Source: Vulgatibacter incomptus
GTDB taxonomy: Bacteria > Myxococcota > Myxococcia > Myxococcales > Vulgatibacteraceae
Reading direction: 5' to 3'
Length of the DNA stretch: 64,000 bases
NCBI GenBank assembly: GCA_040391605.1
Contig: JBEBXK010000008.1
Coordinates: 46,635 to 110,634 of the forward strand
Part shown: positions 8,967 through 17,920 of the stretch, piece after piece
How the letters are laid out: each line of letters opens with the position of its first letter
How positions within the stretch are numbered: the stretch's first letter is position 1
Notes under the pieces: generated by a model
The model's input: only the letters and a program-made list of their open reading frames with translations
Databases searched by the model: none
What the model was told of the DNA's origin: nothing
Program-made: the position numbers and the translations under genes

Positions 8967-10391
8967 TCAGAAGGTGTATTCACCATTCACGTTGAGGACG
9001 CTGATCGACTGCTTGTAGGTGCCCGCCGCGTTGGGCTGCTTGGAGGGCGCCTCGAAGGGCTGGCTCTCCTCCACCGAGATCTCGCGCTGGGCGTAGAACA
9101 CCTGGGTGAAGGTGGCGGCGAAGGCGAGGGAGTGGCCGATCTCAAAGCGGCTGCCGATGGACGCCGTGGCCTTGTTCATGTCGTAGAGGGAGGGGTCCAG
9201 GGTCTTGGAGGGGATCGCGTTGCTGTCGTAGCCGGCGCCCAGGTAGACCTCGAACGGCGCAGAGATCCAGTAGGACGCGCCGGCCCTGACGCCGAAGGCG
9301 TCCTTCCACTGCCGGGGGATGTTCTGCACGATGTTGCTCGCGGAGCCCGGCTTGGCGGAGCCGTCGTCGTTCAGATCGCAGCGGGCGTCCTTGGGCTCGC
9401 GGCTCAGAAAGCATTGCTTCTGCAGCGTGCTCCAGCGGACGTATTCGCCGAAGAGGCGCAGCTCCCATTCGGGATCCGGCCGCCAGCGGGCGCCGAGGCG
9501 GTAGACGTCGGGCAGCCCCTGCACCAGCCGGATCTCCTGCTGGGATTCCTGGCCACCGAGGGAGACGTCCAGGGTCCCGTCCAGGTTGGAGTCACCAAAA
9601 CCCGGCCGGCTCTGGTACGAGAAGCCGAGCCAGAGGTCGTCGATGGGCTGCCAGATCACGCCGGCCGACGCGCCGAAGTCCCAGCCGGAGGCCTCGATCA
9701 GGCTGCGCCCCTCCTTCAGCGCCCCGTCGGCGGTGACGAGATCGTCGCTGCCGTCCACGTTCCGCGCCCGCACGGTATGCAGGACGTTGTTGATCAGGTT
9801 CAGCCCTGCGCCGAAGGAGAGGCGGGGGCCTTCGAACGTGTAGCTGCCGGCGAGGGTGAAGTAGAGCGAGGTGATCTCACCGTCCTCGGTGAACCACCGC
9901 TGCACACCGTCCTCGGCGCCGGGGTATTTCTTGCCGAGCTCATTGCCTTCGAAGTCCTTGTTCCTGCCCCAGACTGCGGTGCCGCCGAAGGGCACGTAGA
10001 AGGCTGCGCCGACCCCGAGGTTCTTCACGCCCAGATCCGAGACCACCGCGGCGAAGGGGGAGGAGACCAGGTTGGTCAGCTCGCCTCGGCCGGCGTTCGC
10101 GCCGATCGCCTCCTCTGGGGTCTGGCCCTCGGGGCTCGAGCCCAGGTGGCTGATGGCGCTGGCGGGCCGATCGTAGCTCGCGTGGCGGAGGGCGAAGGTG
10201 CCGTCGAGGTAGATCCGAGTACCACCCGTGAGGGAGAGGCCCGCGGGGTTGTAGTAGATCGCTGTCGGATTGGCTGTGGTGGGGTGTCCGTGCTCTCCGC
10301 CGAAGCGCGCGGCGAGGAAGCCGCTGGCGGCGGAAGGGCCAGCCAAGAAGATGGTCAACAAAGAAACGCCGGCTACAACGATCGGTCTCAC
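8967..10391 (-). CDS. OmpP1/FadL/TodX family outer-membrane transport protein
   Basis: Signal peptide, then ASGF...NPTAIYYNPAGL (FadL hatch motif). Amphipathic beta strands, C-terminal Phe. GGAGG SD before GTG. Confidence 0.9.
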   Translation of the reverse strand: MRPIVVAGVSLLTIFLAGPSAASGFLAARFGGEHGHPTTANPTAIYYNPAGLSLTGGTRIYLDGTFALRHASYDRPASAISHLGSSPEGQTPEEAIGANAGRGELTNLVSSPFAAVVSDLGVKNLGVGAAFYVPFGGTAVWGRNKDFEGNELGKKYPGAEDGVQRWFTEDGEITSLYFTLAGSYTFEGPRLSFGAGLNLINNVLHTVRARNVDGSDDLVTADGALKEGRSLIEASGWDFGASAGVIWQPIDDLWLGFSYQSRPGFGDSNLDGTLDVSLGGQESQQEIRLVQGLPDVYRLGARWRPDPEWELRLFGEYVRWSTLQKQCFLSREPKDARCDLNDDGSAKPGSASNIVQNIPRQWKDAFGVRAGASYWISAPFEVYLGAGYDSNAIPSKTLDPSLYDMNKATASIGSRFEIGHSLAFAATFTQVFYAQREISVEESQPFEAPSKQPNAAGTYKQSISVLNVNGEYTF

Positions 10392-10503
10392 GTGGCCTCC
10401 TGATGTGGTGTCGCACCACGGGCTGCCGAGGTTTGACAGCCTCGGCGACGCGTGGGCAGACTGGACTCGATCCTCTCACCATTTCATGCGGAGTGATTTA
10501 CCC

Positions 10504-11259
10504 ATGGTCGCAACGTACCTGTCAAAGCGATCCCTGATTTGGATCGGTGCAGCCGCGGCGCTGGCGATGCTGGCGGGGTGTCCGGATCCGACCGAGCGCT
10601 TCGACGAATTCGTTGATCGCACGGCGGGGATCGGGTCCGGTGGAACGGGAGGGCCCGGCACGGGCAAGGTCGCGGACTTGAGCGGGACCTGGTTCCTGGC
10701 GGTGGCGACGAACCTCAACCCGGGGACGCCGCTGCTCTTCGAGACCACGATCGCCATGGAGATCGGCCCCGGCGACACCTGCCCGCTGCCGGGGGGCCAG
10801 CCCTGTACGCTGGACTTCGAGGTCCAGCCGCTGGTCCGACCAGGCGCGCCTTCGCGATGTGGAGCGGCGCTCTCGCCGGTGGGCGAGGTGATCACGCTGC
10901 AAGGCGTCCCCGTCGAGGCCGACGGGACCTTCCTGGCGATCTTCGAGGCTGCCGAGGTCGACGGCTGCGCCAACCCGATCTCGGGCTCGTTGATCGAGGC
11001 GACGCTGGAGCTCGTCTCCGTGATCCGCAGCGCCGATCTCTTCTGCGGCGCCGTGGAGGGGAAGGTCATCGCCCCCCTCCCGAACCACAACCTCGCTGGC
11101 TCGACCTTCGGCGCGGCCCGGGTCACCGGCCCCATTACAGCCAGTACGACTGTCGTCGACAAATGCCCGCCGAGCAGCGGAGCCGGCGGCGCTGGTGGTG
11201 GCGGCGAGGGAGGCGAGGGTGGCGAAGGTGGGGCCGGGGGTGAGGGTGGCGCCGGCTAA
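10504..11259 (+). CDS. Lipoprotein of unknown function with Gly/Glu-rich tail
   Basis: Lipobox MLAGC followed by PDPTERFDEF. Beta-rich core with paired Cys, GGAGGEGGE tail. Divergent from the FadL-family gene. Confidence 0.75.
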   Translation: MVATYLSKRSLIWIGAAAALAMLAGCPDPTERFDEFVDRTAGIGSGGTGGPGTGKVADLSGTWFLAVATNLNPGTPLLFETTIAMEIGPGDTCPLPGGQPCTLDFEVQPLVRPGAPSRCGAALSPVGEVITLQGVPVEADGTFLAIFEAAEVDGCANPISGSLIEATLELVSVIRSADLFCGAVEGKVIAPLPNHNLAGSTFGAARVTGPITASTTVVDKCPPSSGAGGAGGGGEGGEGGEGGAGGEGGAG

Positions 11260-11269
11260 GCTGCGCCGC

Positions 11270-14050
11270 TTACGCCTTGGAGGCCGAGGGCTTGGTGGCC
11301 TTCTTGCCCGCGGTCTTGGCCGACGCCGCCGTCTTTTTGGCGGGGGCCTTCTTCGCCGTGGTCGACGAGGCCTTCTTCACTGGGGCCTTCTTTGCCGTTG
11401 TCGACGAGGCCCTCTTGGCGGGGGCCTTCTTCGCCGGAGTCGACGAGGCCTTCTTGGCGGAGGCGGTCTTGCGCGCCGCCGGTCGCTTCTTCTTCCCTTC
11501 CGGCGCTGCGTCCAGGGCCACCACGGCCTGCTCCACGGTGAGGGACTGCGGATCGAAGGAGGCCTCCTTGCTCACGGTGGCCGTCTTCTCCCCATGCTTG
11601 ACGTAGAAGCCGTAGCGCCCGGAGTAGAGCTGGATCGGCTGGCCGTCCTTCGGATGCGCGCCCACCTGCCGCAGCGGCTCGGCCTGGCCGCGGCCCCGCC
11701 CCTTGGGGATCGCCAGGAGCTCGAGGGCCCGGGGCAGCTCCACGGCGAGGACGTCGTCCTCCTTCTTCAGGGAGCGAAAGTCGCCGTCGTGAACGACGTA
11801 GGGGCCGAAGCGGCCGAGGCCTGCCCGAACGTCCTTGCCGGTGTCGGGGTGCGGGCCCAATAGCCGAGGAAGCTCCAGGATCCGCAGCGCCAGGGTCAGA
11901 TCCACGTCCTGGAGCTGGATCCCCGGGGGGAGGCTGGCGCGCTTGGGCTTCACGTCGTCGGCGGCGTCACCGAGCTGAACGTACGGGCCATAGCTCCCCG
12001 TCTTCAGGTAGACGGGCTTGCCCGAGGCCGGGTCTGCGCCGATCCCCTGCTCCCGGCGCTCGTACTTCTCCAGGATCTCGTAGACCCGATCGCTCGTCAG
12101 ATCGCCAGGCGCCACCTCGTCCGGGATCGAGGCCTTGCGTGGATCCGAGCCGGGCTCCTGCAGCTCCAGATACGGTCCGAACTTGCCGACGTGGATCTCC
12201 ACCCCGGGCAGATCGGAAGAGAGCTTCACCAGCTTGGCGTCCTTGGGATCGATCTGCTGGGCCTGCTGATCGATCCGGGTCTTCAGCCCGTGATCGCCCA
12301 GGTAGAACTGCTGCAGATAGGGCTTGGCCTCCAACTCCCCCTCGGCGATGGCGTCGAGGGAGCGCTCCATCTGGCTGGTGAAGCCCAGGTCCACCAGATC
12401 CGGAAAGTGGTTGGCCAGGAGATCCGAGACCACGAAGGCGGTGAAGGTCGGCACGAGTTGGTTGCCCTGCTTCACCACGTAGCCCCGATCGATGATCGTC
12501 CCCACGATGGTGGCGAAGGTCGACGGCCTGCCGATCCCCTCCTTCTCCATCAGCTGGATCAGCGAGGCCTCGGTGTAGCGGGGCGGCGGTTTGGTCTCAT
12601 GCCCCTCGGCCGCCAGCTTGTCGAGGTCGACGCGGTCGCCGGGCTGCAGCGCTGGAAGCAACCGCTCACGCTGATCGAGGGCGCCCTGGGCGTCGTCCGA
12701 TCCCTCCACATAGGCGCGCAGGAAGCCGGGGAAGACGATGCGGAGGCCGCTCGCGGCGAAGGTCGCGTCGCCGGCCTCGATCCGCACCGCGATCTGGGTC
12801 TGCCTGGCGTCCGCCATCTGCGTGGCCAGGGTGCGCATCCAGATCAGCTCGTAGAGATCGTGATCGCGGCCCACCAGGCCGGTGTCCCGCGGCGCGGTGA
12901 AGTCGGCCGACGGGCGGATGGCCTCGTGGGCCTCCTGGGCACCCTTGGTGCTGGTCTTGTACTGGCGGATCCCCGGCGCGACGTACTCGGCGCCGAAGCG
13001 GGTCTCCACACAGCGGCGCGCCGCCTGGATCGCCTCGTTGGAGAGGTTCACCGAGTCGGTACGCATATAGGTGATGAGGCCGCGCTCGTAGAGGGATTGC
13101 GCCACCCGCATCGTCTCCTGAGCGCTCATCCCCAGCTTGCGGTTGGCCTCCTGCTGCATGGTCGAGGTGATCAGCGGCGGCGGGGGCTTGCGGGTGACCG
13201 GCTTCTCCTCCACCGACTTCACCACGAAGGGCAGGGGCTCCAGGCGCTTGCGCAGCTCGTTGGCCTTGGACTCGTCCAGGTGGAGCAGCTTCTCGCGGGA
13301 CTCCTTCAGCGCGCCTGTCTTCTCGTCGAAGTCCTTGCCGCTGGCCAGGCGGGCGTCGCCCACCTGGATCAGCCTGGCATCGAAGGCTCCGCCCTTGGAG
13401 ACGGTGGCCAGCAGATCCCAGAAGCTCGCCTTGCGGAACGCCATCCGCTCTCGCTCGCGGCGGACGATGACCTCCACTGCCACGGATTGGACCCTGCCCG
13501 CGGAGAGGCCGAAGGCGATCTTGGACCAGAGCAGCGGCGAGAGGCCGTAGCCCACCAGCCGATCCAGGATCCGGCGGGTCTCCTGGGCGCGGACGAGGCG
13601 ATCGTCCAGATCCCGGGTCCGATCCAACGCCCGATGGATCGCGTCCTTGGTGATCTCGTGGAAGACCAGGCGCTCGAAGGGCACCTTGGGCTTGAGCACC
13701 TCCAGCAGATGCCAGCTGATCGATTCTCCCTCGCGATCTTCGTCGGTAGCGAGCAGGACGCGGTCGGCGTCCTTGACAAGATCTTTGAGCTCCCGGACCA
13801 CCTTGGTCTTCTTCTTGGGCACCACGTAGAGAGGCTCGAAGCCATTGTCCACGTTGACCCCGAGGCGGGCCCAGGGCTCCTTCTTCACCTTCTCGGGGAT
13901 CTCGGCAGCGCTCGTGGGCAGATCGCGGACATGGCCCATGCAGGCCTCGACCACGTACCCCTTCGGCAGGAACTTTCGGATCGTCTTCGCCTTGGTCGGC
14001 GACTCGACGATCACGAGGGTCCGGCTGTTTCCGTCCCGCGACATCTCCAC
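11270..14050 (-). CDS. topA: DNA topoisomerase I (type IA) with C-terminal repeats and Lys/Ala-rich tail
   Basis: LVIVESPTKAKTI, TDEDREGE, SAGRVQS, catalytic region LITYMRTDS and AHEAIRP. C-terminal G(K/R)(F/Y)GPYV repeats. Start could be GTG 14050 or ATG 14044. Confidence 0.97.
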   Translation of the reverse strand: MEMSRDGNSRTLVIVESPTKAKTIRKFLPKGYVVEACMGHVRDLPTSAAEIPEKVKKEPWARLGVNVDNGFEPLYVVPKKKTKVVRELKDLVKDADRVLLATDEDREGESISWHLLEVLKPKVPFERLVFHEITKDAIHRALDRTRDLDDRLVRAQETRRILDRLVGYGLSPLLWSKIAFGLSAGRVQSVAVEVIVRRERERMAFRKASFWDLLATVSKGGAFDARLIQVGDARLASGKDFDEKTGALKESREKLLHLDESKANELRKRLEPLPFVVKSVEEKPVTRKPPPPLITSTMQQEANRKLGMSAQETMRVAQSLYERGLITYMRTDSVNLSNEAIQAARRCVETRFGAEYVAPGIRQYKTSTKGAQEAHEAIRPSADFTAPRDTGLVGRDHDLYELIWMRTLATQMADARQTQIAVRIEAGDATFAASGLRIVFPGFLRAYVEGSDDAQGALDQRERLLPALQPGDRVDLDKLAAEGHETKPPPRYTEASLIQLMEKEGIGRPSTFATIVGTIIDRGYVVKQGNQLVPTFTAFVVSDLLANHFPDLVDLGFTSQMERSLDAIAEGELEAKPYLQQFYLGDHGLKTRIDQQAQQIDPKDAKLVKLSSDLPGVEIHVGKFGPYLELQEPGSDPRKASIPDEVAPGDLTSDRVYEILEKYERREQGIGADPASGKPVYLKTGSYGPYVQLGDAADDVKPKRASLPPGIQLQDVDLTLALRILELPRLLGPHPDTGKDVRAGLGRFGPYVVHDGDFRSLKKEDDVLAVELPRALELLAIPKGRGRGQAEPLRQVGAHPKDGQPIQLYSGRYGFYVKHGEKTATVSKEASFDPQSLTVEQAVVALDAAPEGKKKRPAARKTASAKKASSTPAKKAPAKRASSTTAKKAPVKKASSTTAKKAPAKKTAASAKTAGKKATKPSASKA
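11343..11459 (-). repeat. Three tandem 39-bp coding repeats in the TopA tail (xK(K/R)ASST(T/P)AKKAP)
   Basis: Units 11343-11381, 11382-11420 and 11421-11459 are near-identical (ggggccttctt...gtcgacgaggcc). Confidence 0.85.
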
Positions 14051-14182
14051 CCCTTCTGCCAGAAGGCCGATCTCTACGAAGGCGCCAGTCAGAGTCCCTG
14101 GGCGCCCCGCATTCTTAGAGGCCCGGCGTCAGAGTCCGCAACAAACATATTCGGAGCCCTCGGCGCAAGCCGCGCGCCGCCC

Positions 14183-15601
14183 TCAGGAGGCCGGGGCCAC
14201 CTCGTCGCTGGACTCCATGGCGCGCCGCAGGGGCCGATTGAGCACGAAGATGGCGAATCCCGCAGCGAGGCCCAACCCGGTCAGCACCATGAAGAAGAGT
14301 TCCTTGGGCATCACCGAGTAGAAGGTGCCGATGTAGCCGGAGAGGTAGTTGCCGAAGAAGCTGGAGAGGAACCACATCCCCATCATCATCGAGACGATCC
14401 GGGCCGGGGCGACCTTGGTCACCAGGGAGAGGCCCACCGGCGAGAGGTAGAGCTCGCCGATGGTGAGCAGCAGGGTGCAGAGTACGGGCCAGAGCAGGCT
14501 GCCCTTGCCGTCGCCGATGATCTTGGCGCCGACCACCATCACGATGAAGGAGAGGCCGAGGATCACGCAGCCGATCGCCATCTTGGTGACGCTGGTGGGC
14601 TCCTTGTTCCGCTTGGCCTGCCAGCCCCAGAAGAGGGCGATGAACGGAGTCAGCAGGAAGATGAACATCGGGTTGAACGACTGGAACCAGGGGCTCGGGA
14701 TCTGCCAGCCGAAGAGCGTGGGCCACTCCGTGCTCTTATCCGCCCAGAGCTGCATGGTGTTGCCCTGCTGCTCGTACACCGCCCAGAAGACCACGTTCAG
14801 GGCGCAGAGGATGATCAGCGACCACACCCGCCGCCACTCGTTCGTGCTGAGCTTCCTCTTGGGCTCGTGGGCAGCGTGGGCCTTCATCACGTTGTCGGGG
14901 GCCAGGAAGCGCTGCCCCGCCAGGTAGATCACCACGCCCAGGAGCATGCCCACGCCGGCGGCGCCGAAGCCGTAATGCCAGCCCAGGGTGAAGGCCAATG
15001 TGCCGCAGACCAGATTCGAGAAGAACGCGCCGACGTTGATCCCCACGTAGAAGATGGAGAAGGCCCGGTCGCGGCGCGGATCGTTCGGCGCGTAGAGGTT
15101 CCCCACCTGGGTGGAGATGTTCGGCTTGAACGCGCCGTTGCCGAGGATGAGGAAGAAGAGCGCCAGGAAGAAGAGCCCCTGGAAGGCCATCAGGAAGTGG
15201 CCGATCGCCATCAGCACGCCGCCCAGCACCACCGTCTTGCGCTGGCCCAGGAGCTTGTCCGCCAACATGCCGCCGAAGAACGGCGTCAGATAGACCAGGC
15301 CGGTGTAGAGCCCGTAGATCTGTGAGGAGAACTGCTGGACGTTCATCTCCCCGAAGAGCGATCCCAGCACACCGCCGATCGCCGCGTAGCCGAGGACGGA
15401 CTCAGCGTTCCCCTGGATGAAGAGGAAGTCCGTCATGTAGAGGATCAGCAGACCGCGCATCCCGTAATAGGAGAAGCGCTCCCACATCTCGGTCATGAAG
15501 AGGATGGCGAGCCCGATCGGGTGACCGAAGATCGTCCGGCCGTTCGCCGGTGCGACGAAGTCGGGGGTGGGGCTCTGCACGGCGGTCGCGGGCATGCTCA
15601 T
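14183..15601 (-). CDS. Proton-dependent oligopeptide transporter (POT/PTR family, MFS)
   Basis: EMWERFSYYGMR (ExxERFxYY motif), GGMLADKLLG, GNGAFKPNIS and FYVGINVGA. SD GGAG before ATG 15601. Confidence 0.95.
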   Translation of the reverse strand: MSMPATAVQSPTPDFVAPANGRTIFGHPIGLAILFMTEMWERFSYYGMRGLLILYMTDFLFIQGNAESVLGYAAIGGVLGSLFGEMNVQQFSSQIYGLYTGLVYLTPFFGGMLADKLLGQRKTVVLGGVLMAIGHFLMAFQGLFFLALFFLILGNGAFKPNISTQVGNLYAPNDPRRDRAFSIFYVGINVGAFFSNLVCGTLAFTLGWHYGFGAAGVGMLLGVVIYLAGQRFLAPDNVMKAHAAHEPKRKLSTNEWRRVWSLIILCALNVVFWAVYEQQGNTMQLWADKSTEWPTLFGWQIPSPWFQSFNPMFIFLLTPFIALFWGWQAKRNKEPTSVTKMAIGCVILGLSFIVMVVGAKIIGDGKGSLLWPVLCTLLLTIGELYLSPVGLSLVTKVAPARIVSMMMGMWFLSSFFGNYLSGYIGTFYSVMPKELFFMVLTGLGLAAGFAIFVLNRPLRRAMESSDEVAPAS

Positions 15602-15901
15602 GAATGCTCCATACAAGGTCCGACGGTGAATTGCCGCGCAGTCAACCACAAGCGCGATCGAGTGCCAAGGACTGCACGCTCGACCACGGCTGAGGGCGCT
15701 GGCCCGGAAACGTCGGCTTAGCTCGTTGGGCCCCCGAGCGCGGCGGGCCAACCCGCCACGCCGACCGCCCTTCCGGGCGAGGGCGCGAGATCGCCGAATT
15801 CCCAGCAAGGCGGCGGTCTCCGACGTCGAGAACGGAAAGACCAGCACCGTGATTCCGCAGGTCGTCGTCCCCCCCCCACGCCTATCCAGAAGGCCAGAGG
15901 C

Positions 15902-16279
15902 CACCTCGCCGAGAGGAGGCCGCCCACGGTCGCGAGGACGCTCGAGCCCAGCACCCTCCCCGATCCCAACGCGACCGTGCTCTTCGTGGGTTACCAGGCC
16001 GCCGGCTCCCGAGGCCGAAAGCTCGTCGACGGCGCCAAGACCATCCGAATCCATGGCAGGGACGTCCCCGTCCACGCACACATCCGGCAGCTGAGGGGCT
16101 TCTCCGCCCACGCCGATCGCGACGAGGACGACCGCTGGCTCTCCTTCTTCGGGAGCGCGCCCCGCCGCATCTTCTGCGTCCACGGCGAGCGCTCCGCCCT
16201 CGAAGCCAGCCGCGCCCGCCTCGAGGCCCGAGGCTGGCCCGCCTACGTCCCCTCCCACCTGGAGACCGTCGAGCTCTGA
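15902..16279 (+). pseudogene. C-terminal remnant of a beta-CASP/MBL-fold ribonuclease
   Basis: LPDPNATVLFVGYQAAGSRGR, GFSAHAD and VHGE are beta-CASP/RMMBL motifs. No upstream HxHxDH MBL domain in any frame. HLAER and LPDPN are separated by a 39-bp insert. Confidence 0.6.
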
Positions 16280-16340
16280 CGGTGATCTCCAAGGGGCCTC
16301 ACCCCCTGGCTGCATGGACAGTGAGTTTACTTACGCATTC

Positions 16341-16742
16341 TCAGTGAATGGATGGGGGAGCGGTGGCTTCGCTGGTTGGGGCTCTCGCGGCGTAGCTGCC
16401 CACTTCGCCGAAGTCGTAGGCGATGAAGGTCTCGTCTCCGAGCACGTAGGCGTCGTGTCCCCGGGGGATCGTGAAGGTGTCGCCGGGGCCGATCACTGCC
16501 TGCTCGCCGTCGTCCATCTCGACCTTGATCCGGCCTGCGACGCAGTAGCCGAGGTGGGCGGTGGTGCAGGATTTCATGCCGGTGAGGGGGCCCACGTGGA
16601 GCGACCACCTCCAGCCCGGCTCGGCCCTGATTCGTCCGAAGGTCGCGCCCTCGAGCCGATAGAGCTCCATCTGGCCTTTGTGGTCCTTGAAGGGCCGGGT
16701 CTCGTCCGGCGTTCCCAGGTGCTTGACCGACAGCCCCAGCAT
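16341..16742 (-). CDS. Cupin domain protein
   Basis: EPGWRWSLHV, HLGYCVAGRIKV and IGPGDTFTIPRGHDAYV (cupin motifs 1 and 2). Confidence 0.85.
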   Translation of the reverse strand: MLGLSVKHLGTPDETRPFKDHKGQMELYRLEGATFGRIRAEPGWRWSLHVGPLTGMKSCTTAHLGYCVAGRIKVEMDDGEQAVIGPGDTFTIPRGHDAYVLGDETFIAYDFGEVGSYAARAPTSEATAPPSIH

Positions 16743-16977
16743 GGCGCGCCCCTTTCGTCGATGTCTTCCACCAAGATGGCGACGGTCGAGAGGGTGGGGA
16801 AGCGGCGGATGGTGGGGAGGGCTGGATGCGGGGAGCGCCTGCCGGGCTGCTCGGGGCAGCGTTGCACCAGGCCGAAGGAGATCCCGACGATGGCGCCTCG
16901 ACGCTGCGAGCGAGCTGCTCCGCTCCCTCTCCCTTGAGCGTCGATCCCGCGCGTGCTCTACTCCGGGTGATTTGCAG

Positions 16978-17370
16978 ATGCGCACCTTTTCGATCATCGC
17001 CCTGGAGGCAGCATTCCGCTTGACGTCGATCGTCGTGGCGAGCGCGTCGCTCCTGGCCTGCTCGCCGTCGACTGCGAGCTGCGACGATCTCCTCCCGTTG
17101 GAGGTCGCGCGCTATCCCATCGTCTCGGAGATGTTCACCGCTTCCGGCTCGAAGGGCTGTGTTCAATGCCATAACACCAGGGAGCCGGTCTACGGGCTGA
17201 ACTTCGAGGGGCCGGCGGTGACCTTCGACGCCCTCACGACTCGCTTCGACGTGATCTACGATCAGCTGGAGACGGGGCGGATGCCGCAGGGCGGGGTGCG
17301 GTGGAGCCGGGACGATCTGAGGATCCTCCGGAGCTGGTACTGCCAAGGAGCGGTCTATGAGTCTCCCTAA
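16978..17370 (+). CDS. Monoheme c-type cytochrome lipoprotein
   Basis: Lipobox SLLAC, heme motif CVQCH, distal RMP and C-terminal LRSWYCQGA. Confidence 0.75.
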   Translation: MRTFSIIALEAAFRLTSIVVASASLLACSPSTASCDDLLPLEVARYPIVSEMFTASGSKGCVQCHNTREPVYGLNFEGPAVTFDALTTRFDVIYDQLETGRMPQGGVRWSRDDLRILRSWYCQGAVYESP

Positions 17371-17920
17371 GGTCGCGGCCGCAGTCTTCGCCGTCCTCCT
17401 CTCCTTCGACGCGAGCGCCGAGCCGGCCCGGCGGGCGGTGGCCAGCGGGAGCGAGGTGAGCTTCCTCGCCAAGATCACGGGCGGCTCCTTCGTCGCGAAG
17501 TCGGAGAAGATCTCCGGAAGCATCAGCGTCGATCGGGAGCGGAAGACGCTCTCCGCCTCGGTGGTGGTGGCGGCGGGCTCGTTCTCGTCCGGGCTCCGCC
17601 TGCGCGACAACCACATGCGCGACAAATATCTCGAGGCGGCGACCTTCCAGGAGCTCGTCTTCGACGCAGCCGAGCAGGAGGTCGCGATGAAGGCCGGCGC
17701 ATCCTCGCGGATCAAGGGCACGCTGACGATCAAGGGCGTGAGCCGGCCGGTCGAGGTCGAGGTGAACTTCGAGAGCGTGACCGAGGAAGGCGTGGTCGCG
17801 ACGGCCCGCTTCCCCGTGGACGTCACCCGATTCGGGATCCCGCAGCCCTCGTTCGCGGTGGTGAAGATGGAGCCGATCGTGGACGCGACGGTGCGATTGG
17901 TCGTGAAGCTTGAAAAGTAG
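17357..17920 (+). CDS. YceI family (polyisoprenoid-binding) periplasmic protein
   Basis: Signal peptide. SEVSFLAK, SSGLRLRDNHMRDKYLEAATF and GTLTIKGVSRPV are typical YceI motifs. Overlaps the upstream gene's stop codon. Confidence 0.9.
   Translation: MSLPKVAAAVFAVLLSFDASAEPARRAVASGSEVSFLAKITGGSFVAKSEKISGSISVDRERKTLSASVVVAAGSFSSGLRLRDNHMRDKYLEAATFQELVFDAAEQEVAMKAGASSRIKGTLTIKGVSRPVEVEVNFESVTEEGVVATARFPVDVTRFGIPQPSFAVVKMEPIVDATVRLVVKLEK

Noticed and set aside
12191-15325. 1044-aa plus-strand ORF, and similar long ORFs (4893..7028-, 18057..20057-, 34947..36926+, 56877..59420-, 57083..59521+, upstream part of 517..2145+)
   Set aside because: Antisense or alternative-frame shadows of real genes. 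In high-GC3 DNA these frames lack stops; their products are Arg/Gly/Pro/His-rich with no motifs.
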